From Isosphaeraceae bacterium (GTDB lineage Bacteria; Planctomycetota; Planctomycetia; Isosphaerales; Isosphaeraceae), in NCBI GenBank assembly GCA_031291845.1, contig JARLIH010000138.1, positions 1-64,000 of the forward strand: 64,000 nt of DNA, written 5' to 3'. The notes under the pieces are model-generated. The model saw only the letters and a list, made by a program, of their open reading frames with translations, was not told the DNA's origin and did no database searches. Below, piece by piece: positions 40,491 to 49,846 of the stretch. How positions within the stretch are numbered: the first letter of the stretch is position 1; each line of letters starts with the position of its first letter. Made by a program: the position numbers and the translations under genes.

Positions 40491-41252
40491 TCACGATTTC
40501 GAACTTTTCCGCCGTTCCATCATCTTACGGAGGATGTCGTTCGCCGCGTCGCTGGTGTCCTTGTAAGTAGGCTTGGTCGGCTGCTCCGGCCCCGCGGTCT
40601 TTTTCTTGACATAGAAGGGGTTCGACTCGTCGAGGAACTCCTCGACGGCTTCTTCCTCCTCCTCTGCCTCAGGCTCCGTTTCCTCAGAGGAGTCTCCTTC
40701 TCCCTCAGGGAGGCGTTCGTACTCGTTATCGTCAGCGCTGTCCGAGGCTTCGTCGTCCTTGGGCTGGGTCGCCGTCTTGGAGTCCTTGAACGCCGCGATG
40801 GTGATCGTGTCGCCTCCGTAAACGCCCGAGGGGCGCTCGGGAGTCGGGTTTTTCGCGTCGGAGACCAGCCAGGACTCGATGTCGTCATGGCTGACGTCCT
40901 CGGGTGTCGCCGCCGTTTTGGGGGGAGCGGCGGCCGCTTGAGCGGCGGGAGCCGAGGCCCCTTGAATCGACACTGCAAACGTGAGCGGACCGACCTGAAC
41001 CAGGTCACGGTCCTTCAGGTTGCACGGCTCGGTGATCGCCTTACCGTTGACCAGCGTGCCGTTTCGACTTCCGAGGTCGCGCAGCACCACGGCGCTGCCT
41101 GAGATGTTGAATTCCGCGTGCTCGCGGCTCACCTGCTCGCTATTCGGCCGTAGGTGACATGTCTCCCCCCGGCCGATCCGAAAAACCGGGCCCGCGAGCG
41201 GGATCGTCTTCCCCTCCGGTTTGCCCTGAACCACGATGAGCTGAACTTTCAT
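40491..41252 (-). CDS. FHA-domain protein with an Ala-rich linker and a highly acidic C-terminal tail
   Basis: FRIGRGETCHLRPNSEQVSREHAEF...VLRDLGSRNGTLVNG is an FHA domain. The acidic tail is EGEGDSSEETEPEAEEEEEAVEEF. The start was chosen at MKVQLIVVQ (41252). An alternative is 41270. Confidence 0.75.
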   Translation of the reverse strand: MKVQLIVVQGKPEGKTIPLAGPVFRIGRGETCHLRPNSEQVSREHAEFNISGSAVVLRDLGSRNGTLVNGKAITEPCNLKDRDLVQVGPLTFAVSIQGASAPAAQAAAAPPKTAATPEDVSHDDIESWLVSDAKNPTPERPSGVYGGDTITIAAFKDSKTATQPKDDEASDSADDNEYERLPEGEGDSSEETEPEAEEEEEAVEEFLDESNPFYVKKKTAGPEQPTKPTYKDTSDAANDILRKMMERRKSSKS

Positions 41253-41640
41253 TGCACTAGCCCCGACCATCTGGGTCTGCCACGACGGTTGAACGTGGTG
41301 AGAAAGAAAGTGCGAACGAGTCCGAGTGACACCTGGCGTGGAGCGAGCGACGTTTGCAATAACCGTCCTGGAGATTCGGAACCGGGGGGAGCGTGCAATT
41401 CTTACTGGGCTCAAAGAGCCGTTCGCCCGACACAGACAGCCGGAGACGCGAAAAATGGGAACGATCGGGGAATGAGTGCGTATACGGGCTAGCCAGGCCA
41501 GCACCGCGGGATCGGGCGAATGACGTTATGATTTTATCGCGCGTTCGCTAAGTTCCAAGAGCGGCAAGACGCGATCTGGTACATTTTATCCATCGGCGGA
41601 TTACCTTCCGCGAGTGAGCCCATTCCCGAGGCCTCCGGGC

Positions 41641-42393
41641 TCACCGTCGATTGTTCCACGCCGAACACCGGTAAACCGAGCGTTCGAGCTCCACGGCCCG
41701 CTCCACGAGGCGCAGATCCGGTGCGCCAAGCGTCGGGAGGAAGCCAAGAGCGGCGGGTACCCGGCGTTCCAGTCGTTCTCGCCAATAACCATCTTCCCTC
41801 GGTTGTGGCGTCAGGTTGTTCGCGCCGGCAAGCGCCGGAGTCAACGGAGACCGGGCCAGCAACAGGGCCCCGTGCTGCAATACCGCACCCGCGCGTCGTC
41901 GCTGAGCGCTTCCCACGAGCTTGGCTCCTCGCGACACAATATCCTCAGCATCGTAGCCGGTAAAGCATAAAAAGGGACGAGGTTCGTCGATTCCCTCCGC
42001 CCCGTCATTCCCACGCCGCGCGGCCTCGATCCCCTCGGATCGGAGCTCGGATGCGATCGCCTCGTGGACCGCCCGGTAAAGCGCCTTGCTGTCTCGGGCC
42101 AGCGTGTGTTCACGTGACAATACCAGGGCGTAGGTTATCTCGTGATGGTGCCAGAGCGCGCCCCCGCCCGTAAGTCGCCGGACCTTTGGCACGAGACGCC
42201 AGCGCGGGTCGATGTCCGCCTCGGCCAGTCGCTGGAAGTAACCGAGGCTCAGCGTGGGCGTGGTCCAGCCATACGTCCGGAAATATGCGCGCGTCGGGTC
42301 AGCGGCGACCGCGTCCAACATGGCCTCATCGAACGCCATGTTCGCGGCGCCGTCGGCACATTCGTGGGGCAGAACGACACAGTGCGTGGCCAT
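41641..42393 (-). CDS. Lipoate/biotin protein ligase family (BPL/LPL catalytic domain) protein
   Basis: The core GGGALWHHHEITYALV...KLVGSAQRRRAGAVLQHGALLL resembles the LplA/LipB/BirA catalytic fold. It has no DNA-binding or C-terminal LplA domain. The ORF was trimmed to MATHCVVL. Confidence 0.65.
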   Translation of the reverse strand: MATHCVVLPHECADGAANMAFDEAMLDAVAADPTRAYFRTYGWTTPTLSLGYFQRLAEADIDPRWRLVPKVRRLTGGGALWHHHEITYALVLSREHTLARDSKALYRAVHEAIASELRSEGIEAARRGNDGAEGIDEPRPFLCFTGYDAEDIVSRGAKLVGSAQRRRAGAVLQHGALLLARSPLTPALAGANNLTPQPREDGYWRERLERRVPAALGFLPTLGAPDLRLVERAVELERSVYRCSAWNNRR

Positions 42394-42410
42394 GGTATGA
42401 GTTTCCCGTT

Positions 42411-44054
42411 TCACTCCAAGCGGTCGCGGGCGATATCGAAGCTCTGGAAAGCCTGGGCGATGAGCACCACAAGGCCGAAACCGGTCACTGTCAGCGCGAA
42501 CCAGCCACAGGCGACGGCCGCTGCCCAGCTTTCGCCCCCGGCGAAGAACGCGGCCGCTCCCAGCGCGGCGGCCAAACCCGCGGCGAACAGCCCGCAGACA
42601 AGGCGACCCATCATCATCAAGAATTGCCGCCCCATCATCTGAAAGTCGGCCGAAGCTCCCGCCACAAAGCGGCTCGGAAACCAGAGGAAGAACAGGTTTT
42701 CAAGCCCCACGAGCAAAAGGTTCAAGGGCGGCGCGAGGAACAACGCGGCTGGCAGTACGACCGGCGGCAGATCCACCTGCGTTCCGATCAGTACGAGGCC
42801 CGTCCACTCGGCCGCACTGATGACCAAAACCGGCGTCGCGAGCTGCCCCACGACCAGAAACGTCGGCCGAATCGGCAGCGTCTTCAGTTCTTCCATGTGA
42901 GAGAGGTCCGGACGGAAGTCGTAGCCGATCATCGTGGGTGCGAACACGGCGAGGCTCGCCCACACGACAAGTGGTGGGTACGCGAGGCCGAGATCGGCTT
43001 CCTGCCCGCCGGCAGAGAGAACAAAAACCGTGGCCAGCGGCAACGCGAAGAGCACCAGGACCGCCCCGACACGGCTTACGCTGCGGGCGGCGGTCGTGAG
43101 CTGGCGCCAGAGATTCGGCCCCGCGCCTCCGAGCCACGGCAGGACCGGGATACGGACGCGCGCCGACCGGCTGTCCGCCAGGACCCCGCCCCGCCGTACC
43201 CGGCGGAGCAGCTCATAACGCCGGGCGCTGGCCCGCGCCGAGACTTCCAGGAACTCGAAGTTGAGACCGATGACGATGCCCAGCAGGCCCAGGTCGATCG
43301 CGGCCGACAGGGCCGCCTGCGCTACCATGTCGGGCCAAGTCCGCTCTGCCGTGAACGTCATCACAAAGGGGCGAAAGGGAGCGGTAAGCACTCTCAGTAC
43401 GGGCGACGTCCCCACGCGCTGGATCAGTTCCGCCGGGTTTCCGCCAAGGTTCTGTCCGACCATCGCGATGGCGAATGCGACGAGACCGAGCACCAGCACC
43501 AGGAGAGTTTTTCGCTGTCGATTGAATGCCGCAGCGCCGACCACCCCTGCGCAGAGGCTGACGGCGAGCGACACCAAGTACAGCAGCTCCAGCGCAAGGA
43601 ACAGCCCCACAAACGCCGCCCATGGAGACGCGGTGTGGTGCTGGACGAACAGGGTCGCGAAGGCCGCCCCGAAGAGCGCGGCCGCGAGGTTTCCTACTAT
43701 CTTGTAAACCAGCAACTGGCGCGGACGGAACGGACCGCAAAACAAAGAGTTCACTTCCGCGGGCGAGTAGACCAGCGCACGTTCGCCCGTTGACAGAAGC
43801 ACGTTCAGGATGCAGTAGCCCAGCAGTCCGGCCGGCCCAAAGCGACGAATCCATTCGAGTTGCCCCGCGATTTGGATCCGCGGAACGAGAACCGCCGAGA
43901 GGATCGAAGGAAGCAAAACCAGGGCTGCCACCAGCGCGAGCAACGCACCTTTCAGCGTGCGCAGGTTCCGCGTCCAGCGGCGCACCCAACCCTTCGCCCG
44001 CAATCGCAGGAGCAGCCAGAGCGAGCGGTCCAACGGGTCAGACCTCCAGGGCAT
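42411..44054 (-). CDS. Putative ABC exporter permease, a multi-TM protein (ABC_export-like)
   Basis: At least 10 hydrophobic helices. The start was chosen at MPWRSDPLDRSLWLLLRL (44054), overlapping the upstream ATPase stop by 17 nt. The longer ORF extension to 44327 is Arg/Cys-rich and was rejected. Confidence 0.65.
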   Translation of the reverse strand: MPWRSDPLDRSLWLLLRLRAKGWVRRWTRNLRTLKGALLALVAALVLLPSILSAVLVPRIQIAGQLEWIRRFGPAGLLGYCILNVLLSTGERALVYSPAEVNSLFCGPFRPRQLLVYKIVGNLAAALFGAAFATLFVQHHTASPWAAFVGLFLALELLYLVSLAVSLCAGVVGAAAFNRQRKTLLVLVLGLVAFAIAMVGQNLGGNPAELIQRVGTSPVLRVLTAPFRPFVMTFTAERTWPDMVAQAALSAAIDLGLLGIVIGLNFEFLEVSARASARRYELLRRVRRGGVLADSRSARVRIPVLPWLGGAGPNLWRQLTTAARSVSRVGAVLVLFALPLATVFVLSAGGQEADLGLAYPPLVVWASLAVFAPTMIGYDFRPDLSHMEELKTLPIRPTFLVVGQLATPVLVISAAEWTGLVLIGTQVDLPPVVLPAALFLAPPLNLLLVGLENLFFLWFPSRFVAGASADFQMMGRQFLMMMGRLVCGLFAAGLAAALGAAAFFAGGESWAAAVACGWFALTVTGFGLVVLIAQAFQSFDIARDRLE

Positions 44055-44811
44055 TGTGCGCTGGCGCCGGGTCGCCCTCGGGAGGAAGAGGCTCCGTGAG
44101 GCGAAAGAACATTTCCTCGAGCGTTTCGCGGCGTCCGCCGTTTTCGACGCCCCGGTGAAGCTCGGCCAAACCGCCGTGCAGGAGCATCCGGCCCTGATGA
44201 AGGACGAGCACCGACGTGCAAAGGTTCTCCACGAGCGAGAGCAGGTGCGAGCTGACCATGACCGCCGCCCCGGCCTCGGCCCGGCGCCTGATGGAGTCTT
44301 GCATCGTCCGGATGCCGCGCGGGTCAAGCCCGGTTAACGGCTCGTCGAGCAAGATGGCGCGAGGATCGTGCAGGTAGCCACAGCAGATCGCGACCTTTTG
44401 CCGCATCCCCCGCGACAGCTCCGATGCCAGCGCGTCGCGCTTGGGCACGAGCTCAAACTGCACGAGGAGCGATTCGGCCTTGGCGGTCCAGTCCTTGACT
44501 CGGTACGCGCTTGCCACGAACTGCAGGTGCTCCCAAACGGTCAGGCTCTCGAACAGGTTGGGATCGTCGGGCACGTAGGCGAGCGCCGACTTGGCGGCGA
44601 CCGGATCGCGGACGATGTCATGCCCGTCGATCAGGAGCCGGCCGCGCGTCGGCGCGAGAATACCGGCGAGCGCGCGCATCGTCGTCGTCTTCCCCGCCCC
44701 GTTGGGCCCGACCAAACCCAAGATCTCCCCCGCCTCAACGCGGAACGAGATCCCCTCGACCGCGACAGTGCGGTCGTAGGTCTTGTGAAAATCCTGGACG
44801 ACGATTGACAA
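44038..44811 (-). CDS. ABC transporter ATP-binding protein
   Basis: GLVGPNGAGKTT (Walker A), LSRGMRQKV (signature), ILLDEP (Walker B) and an H-loop SSHLL. Confidence 0.9.
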   Translation of the reverse strand: MSIVVQDFHKTYDRTVAVEGISFRVEAGEILGLVGPNGAGKTTTMRALAGILAPTRGRLLIDGHDIVRDPVAAKSALAYVPDDPNLFESLTVWEHLQFVASAYRVKDWTAKAESLLVQFELVPKRDALASELSRGMRQKVAICCGYLHDPRAILLDEPLTGLDPRGIRTMQDSIRRRAEAGAAVMVSSHLLSLVENLCTSVLVLHQGRMLLHGGLAELHRGVENGGRRETLEEMFFRLTEPLPPEGDPAPAHNALEV

Positions 44812-44899
44812 GACGACGGCCCCGAACGAATCCTCGTGCGGCTACGAACACCAATCATGCCAGTCTAGCGTGCCCGGTCGTGAGAAACAGCACCTCGGT

Positions 44900-46381
44900 T
44901 CACGCCGACCCGTGGCTAACGGGCTCGGGCTTCCGCCACCGCAGGACGAGGTTGCGAGCGGCCTGAACCTCGTCCGGGCGGCTAATCGGCGTCGACAAGG
45001 GCGCCTCGTGCAGCCGGTTCGGATCTTCCACCGCGATTTCCCTTAACGTCGCGGCAAATGCTTCCAGGGTCTCGCGGCTCTCGGTTTCCGTCGGCTCGAT
45101 CATCAGCGCTTCGGGAACGATGAGCGGGAAATACACGGTCGGCGCGTGCACATTGTGGTCCAGAAGGCGCTTGGCGACGTCCATCGCACGCACGCCGCGA
45201 TCGCGGGCCATTCCTCGCGCTGAGGCCACGAACTCGTGCATGCAACGGTCGCCGAACGGAACGGGATAGAGGTCCCGCACCAGCGTCAGTAAGTAGTTCG
45301 CATTCAGGACGGCGTGCTCGGCGACGCGTTTGAGCCCGTCCGGACCCTGGCTGCGAATGTAGCAATACGCTCGAAACAGCACCCCCGTGTTGCCAAAAAA
45401 TGCACGGACTCGGCCGATCGACCGCGGGCGGTCACGATCGAGAAAGTAGGTTCCGTCTTCGCGTCGCCCGACGAGGGGCGCAGGCAAGTAAGGCGCGAGG
45501 AAGTCGCGCACTGCGATCGGCCCCGCGCCCGGGCCGCCGCCGCCGTGCGGGCCCGAGAACGTCTTGTGCGGGTTGTAATGCATGAGGTCCGCCCCCATGT
45601 CGCCGGGCCGCGTCGCTCCCAGGATGGCGTTCATGTTCGCGCCATCCAGGTAGAGCAGTGCCCCTCGCTCGCGCAGCAGGCGGGAAATCTCGCCGATCTG
45701 AGGATCGAAGAGACCGACCGTATTAGGGTTGGTGATCATGAAGACCGCGGTCTGGTCGTCGAGCTTCGCCCGGAAGTCTTCGAGGTCGACCAACCCCCGC
45801 CCATCGCTCTTGATCGTGACGGGCTCGAAACCGGCGAGGTGCGCTGAGGCCGGGTTCGTCCCGTGCGCGCTGTCCGGAATGAGCACTTTCGCCCGCTGCT
45901 CTCCGCGTTCCGCGAAATACGCCGCCGCGACCAACAAGGCCGAGAGCTCGCCATGCGCCCCGGCCGCAGGCTGCAGGCTCACCGCGTGCAAACCGGCAAT
46001 CTCGGCCAGGAACTCCTGCAACTCGAACAGGACGGCGAGCAATCCTTGCAAGGTGCTTTCGTCTTGATAAGGATGTTGCGATCCCAAGCCCGGCAGCGCA
46101 GCCAATCGCTCGTTCCGCTTCGGGTTGTACTTCATCGTACAAGAACCGAGCGGGTAGAAATTCGAGTCGATCGACATGTTCGACGTGGAGAGATTCGTGT
46201 AGTGCCGGACGACATCCAGCTCGCTGAGTTCCGGGATGTCCGCTACGGACGAGGCCCGAAATCTGCTCGGAATCAGCTCGTCGAGCGGCCGTTCCGGTAC
46301 GTCGGACGCGGGGAAATACGTCGTCGCCCTTCCGGGACGGCTCGATTCAAACAGCAAGGCGGGCGGATCAAGTTTGTACAT
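44900..46381 (-). CDS. gcvPB: Glycine dehydrogenase (decarboxylating) subunit 2
   Basis: PLP-dependent fold motifs LGSCTMKYNP and TNPNTVGLFD. The protein is the size of GcvPB. Confidence 0.9.
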   Translation of the reverse strand: MYKLDPPALLFESSRPGRATTYFPASDVPERPLDELIPSRFRASSVADIPELSELDVVRHYTNLSTSNMSIDSNFYPLGSCTMKYNPKRNERLAALPGLGSQHPYQDESTLQGLLAVLFELQEFLAEIAGLHAVSLQPAAGAHGELSALLVAAAYFAERGEQRAKVLIPDSAHGTNPASAHLAGFEPVTIKSDGRGLVDLEDFRAKLDDQTAVFMITNPNTVGLFDPQIGEISRLLRERGALLYLDGANMNAILGATRPGDMGADLMHYNPHKTFSGPHGGGGPGAGPIAVRDFLAPYLPAPLVGRREDGTYFLDRDRPRSIGRVRAFFGNTGVLFRAYCYIRSQGPDGLKRVAEHAVLNANYLLTLVRDLYPVPFGDRCMHEFVASARGMARDRGVRAMDVAKRLLDHNVHAPTVYFPLIVPEALMIEPTETESRETLEAFAATLREIAVEDPNRLHEAPLSTPISRPDEVQAARNLVLRWRKPEPVSHGSA

Positions 46382-46558
46382 TGGGCTCTACGAGAGATCA
46401 AAAGTCTGAACGATTCGGGTCATCACGCACTGTTCGAGTCGCTGCTGCGCCCTACATTGCCGAGGACTTTCGTGTCTCTCGGACCTCTCGGCCGCGGAAA
46501 GTCCCTTCGCTCCGACATGAGACGACCGCGTTTTCGATACAACCGCCGCGCCGTTGTG

Positions 46559-47919
46559 TCAACCGGCTGCGATCGCCTTGCCCGCAAGGGAGTAAGCGCT
46601 GGCCAGGCCGTCGATCTCTTCCCTGGTTCGCTTCTCCGTCACCGTAACGAGCGAGCAGTCAGCCATGTCCGGAAACCATCGGCCGAGAGCGATACCGCCG
46701 TGATAGCCTTGCCGGCCGACCGCGCCCATCAGCGTTTCTGAATCTTGCTTCGTGCGGATGACGAACTCCTTGAAGAAGGGGCCGCCGAACGCCAGCGAAG
46801 ATCCCGGCACGGTCGCGAGTCGCTCGGCCGCATAGTGGGCCTTGCGCGTCGACAGTTCGGCAGCCTGGCGCAGGCCCTGCGGACCGAGCGCTGCGAGATA
46901 GATGCTCGCGCGCAGGGCGAGCAGCCCTTGGTTCGTGCAGATATTGGAAGTGGCCTTCTCGCGGCGAATATGCTGCTCGCGCGTCTGGAGCGTCAGCACC
47001 CAGCAGCGCTTGCCGTGGCGGTCCGTGGTCTGCCCGACGATCCTTCCCGGCATCTTGCGGACGAATTCCTCACGGCAGGCCATGATTCCCAGGTAAGGTC
47101 CGCCGAACGACATCGGGTTGCCCAGGCTCTGCCCTTCGGCGACCACGATGTCGGCCCCGTAATCGCCCGGGCGCTGGAGCAAGCCGAGGCTGATCGGATC
47201 GAAGCTCACGATCGCCACCGCGCCCTTGCGCTTCGCGGCCTCGACGAGGGCCTGGGCCTCCTCGATCATGCCAAAGAAATTCGGTGTCTGGATGATCAAT
47301 GCGGCCGTGTCATCCATAATTTCCCGCGCGACCTGGTCCGGATCGGTGCGACCATCGGACGGGGGAACGGTCACCACTTGCGGCTCGAGGTTGGCGAGAT
47401 AGGTCGCCAGGATCTGTCGGTGTTCGGGATGAACCGCCCCCGCCACGACCACGCGGCCGAAGCGCCGGGTGATCGAGAGAGCCATGAGGACGGCCTCAGC
47501 GACGGCGGACCCGCCGTCATAAAGACTGGCGTTCGAGACGTCCATACCCGTAAGCTGGGTGATTAGCGTCTGGTACTCGAACGTCGCCTGGAGCGTTCCC
47601 TGGCTGGCCTCGGCCTGGTAGGGCGTGTACGCCGTATAGTATTCGCCGCGTCCGGCGAGGTGGTCGACGACGGCGGGAATGAAGTGGTCGTAACTGCCGC
47701 CGCCGAGGAAGCACGGCCGCTGGTCAGCGCCGATGTTGCGCGCGAGCAGGTCGCTGACTTGCCGGGTGAGCTCGAGCTCGCTGAGTGCCGGGGGAATCTC
47801 GAGCGGTCGCCGGAGCCGAAGCTCCGGCGGGATCATGTCGAAGAGCTCGTCGAGCGACTTCAGTCCAATGGCCCCGAGCATGACGCGCTCGTCGTCGGGC
47901 GTATTCGCGATATAAGCCA
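46559..47919 (-). CDS. gcvPA: Glycine dehydrogenase (decarboxylating) subunit 1
   Basis: Y(I)ANTPDDERVMLGAIG...YTPYQAEASQG is the GcvPA N-terminal signature. The ORF was trimmed to MAYIANT. Confidence 0.9.
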
Positions 47920-48060
47920 TGATTCGATCTGCGGTCCCGATCCGACGGGTGAAGAGAAGTCGCAAGCGGAAGCGGGCGCAGCCAAAACAGGCGTGGGATC
48001 CCTAACTCCGCGACAATAGTGTTGTATACGAAACCGTCCACACGATCCACGCCCGCTCGC

Positions 48061-48447
48061 TCAGTGGACGTCTTCGGCGATCTTCTTCTGATACGCGGCG
48101 TCATCCAGCAATTCGGCGGGGAGCTCGTGGTCTCCGATCCGCACCTTGATGAGCCAACCCGCCCCGAACGGGTCTTCGGCAAGGAGCTGGACGTTGCCGG
48201 CGACGTCTTGGTTGACGGCGATGACTTCCCCGGTCACGGGGGAGTAAAGGTCACTCACGGCCTTGACGCTTTCGACCTCGCCGAAGGTCTTGCCGGCGGT
48301 CAACTGGGTGCCCACGGCCGGCAGGTCGATGACGATCAGGTCGGTCAACTGGTCGACGGCGAATTTCGAGATTCCCACGGTCGCGATATCGCCTTCGAGG
48401 TAGGCCCATTCGTGGGTCGGCGAGTAATGGAGCGATTTCGGGTCCAT
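48061..48447 (-). CDS. gcvH: Glycine cleavage system H protein
   Basis: YSPTHEWAYLEGDIATVGIS...VESVKAVSDLYSPVTGEV contains the lipoyl-lysine motif ESVK. Confidence 0.9.
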   Translation of the reverse strand: MDPKSLHYSPTHEWAYLEGDIATVGISKFAVDQLTDLIVIDLPAVGTQLTAGKTFGEVESVKAVSDLYSPVTGEVIAVNQDVAGNVQLLAEDPFGAGWLIKVRIGDHELPAELLDDAAYQKKIAEDVH

Positions 48448-48484
48448 CGGCGCGTGATCCTTCGGCGGCAGTAGGTTAAGCGGA

Positions 48485-49591
48485 TCAATCACTGGCAGGG
48501 CGGTGGTAGAACGGGAGCGGGACGACCACGGCAGCGGCATCGTGGCCGCGCACGTTAATGGTGAGCGGCGTGCCGACGGCGGCGACCTCGTTGGCAACGA
48601 GCGCCATGGCCAGGCTCTGGTCGAGCGTCGGCGAAAACGTGCCCGAGGTGACCGTGCCGACCGCCCGGTCTCCCCGCATCACAACGGAACCCTCGCGCGC
48701 GATTCGTTTGCCCTCGACGCGCAGTCCCACCCGAGCGCGGTTCGTTTGGGCTTTCAAGGTCCTTAGCGCGTCTCGCCCGCAAAAGTCGCCTTTGCCGAGC
48801 TTGACCGCCCAGCCGACGCCGGCCTCATAGGGATTGATCGATTCGGACAGTTCGTGGCCGTACAGCGGCATCGCGGCCTCGAAACGGAGCGTATCGCGCG
48901 CCCCGAGCCCGCACGGCCGGATCCCGCGAGCGCTTCCGGCTTCGAGCAACGCGTCCCAGAGCCCCTCCGCGTGCGTTGCGCCGACGATCAGCTCGAAGCC
49001 GTCCTCACCCGTGTACCCCGTCCGGCTCACGACCGCGTCCACCGCGCCGAGCAGCCGGCCCATGGCGAGGCGATAATAGCCGAGCGACCCGAGCGGCTGA
49101 TCGAACAGCGGCTGAAGGACTTCGAGCGCGGCGGGCCCTTGAACGGCGATCATCGCAGTGTCGAGCGTCCGATCGGCGAGCTGAGATTCCGCACCCGAGC
49201 GAAGTCGTTCGAACTGGGCGAGCACCCGCTCGCGGTTTGAGGCGTTGCAAACGACGAAGTGGGTGAAGGGCTGCCGGTAAACGAGAATGTCGTCGATCAC
49301 GCCGCCGGTTTCGCTCGCCATCAGGCTGTACTGGATCTGATTGACGGCCAGGCGCGCGACGTCGTTCGTGGTCGCTCGCTGGAGCCAGTCAACCGTACCG
49401 GGGCCGGAAAAGGTCAAGCGGCCCATGTGGCTGATGTCGAACAGGCCCACGGCGCGCCTGACGGCCTTGTGCTCGTCAATGATTGAGCCGTACTGCACCG
49501 GCATCGACCAGCCGCCGAATTCGACGAGGCGTGCGCCGTGGGATTGGTGCCAGGCAAACAGCGGTGTTCGGAGCAATTCCTCGCCGGGCAT
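48485..49591 (-). CDS. gcvT: Aminomethyltransferase (glycine cleavage T protein)
   Basis: TPLFAWHQSHGARLVEFGGWSMPVQYGSIIDEHKAVRRAVGLFDISHMG aligns with the GcvT N-terminus. The start was chosen at MPGEELLRTPL (49591). An alternative is 49609. Confidence 0.9.
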   Translation of the reverse strand: MPGEELLRTPLFAWHQSHGARLVEFGGWSMPVQYGSIIDEHKAVRRAVGLFDISHMGRLTFSGPGTVDWLQRATTNDVARLAVNQIQYSLMASETGGVIDDILVYRQPFTHFVVCNASNRERVLAQFERLRSGAESQLADRTLDTAMIAVQGPAALEVLQPLFDQPLGSLGYYRLAMGRLLGAVDAVVSRTGYTGEDGFELIVGATHAEGLWDALLEAGSARGIRPCGLGARDTLRFEAAMPLYGHELSESINPYEAGVGWAVKLGKGDFCGRDALRTLKAQTNRARVGLRVEGKRIAREGSVVMRGDRAVGTVTSGTFSPTLDQSLAMALVANEVAAVGTPLTINVRGHDAAAVVVPLPFYHRPASD

Positions 49592-49846
49592 TCGCCATTT
49601 CCCCACCATGATCCGCGGAAGACAACCGGGTGGATTGTAGCCAGCTCAATAGGCGGGTACAACAGCCCCTCCGGTGGGCGGTGGTGATCGATGTGGCTTG
49701 CCCAACAGGCGACCGCGGCCCCTCGGTTGACCTAGATCGTTGGGAGTTAACCTCTTGAGGAGCCGCGGCGAGTGCGTTAGTGTGCCGGTCGACTGCCTCG
49801 CGACGGGACGGTCGCCCAGCGTCTCTACTCTCCGGAAAACGACGAA

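Noticed and set aside
39756-41102. 448-aa plus-strand ORF
   Set aside because: Antisense to the moxR and FHA genes.
42186-43793. 535-aa plus-strand ORF
   Set aside because: Antisense to the ABC permease. Its translation is Arg/Glu/Gln-rich with no domains.
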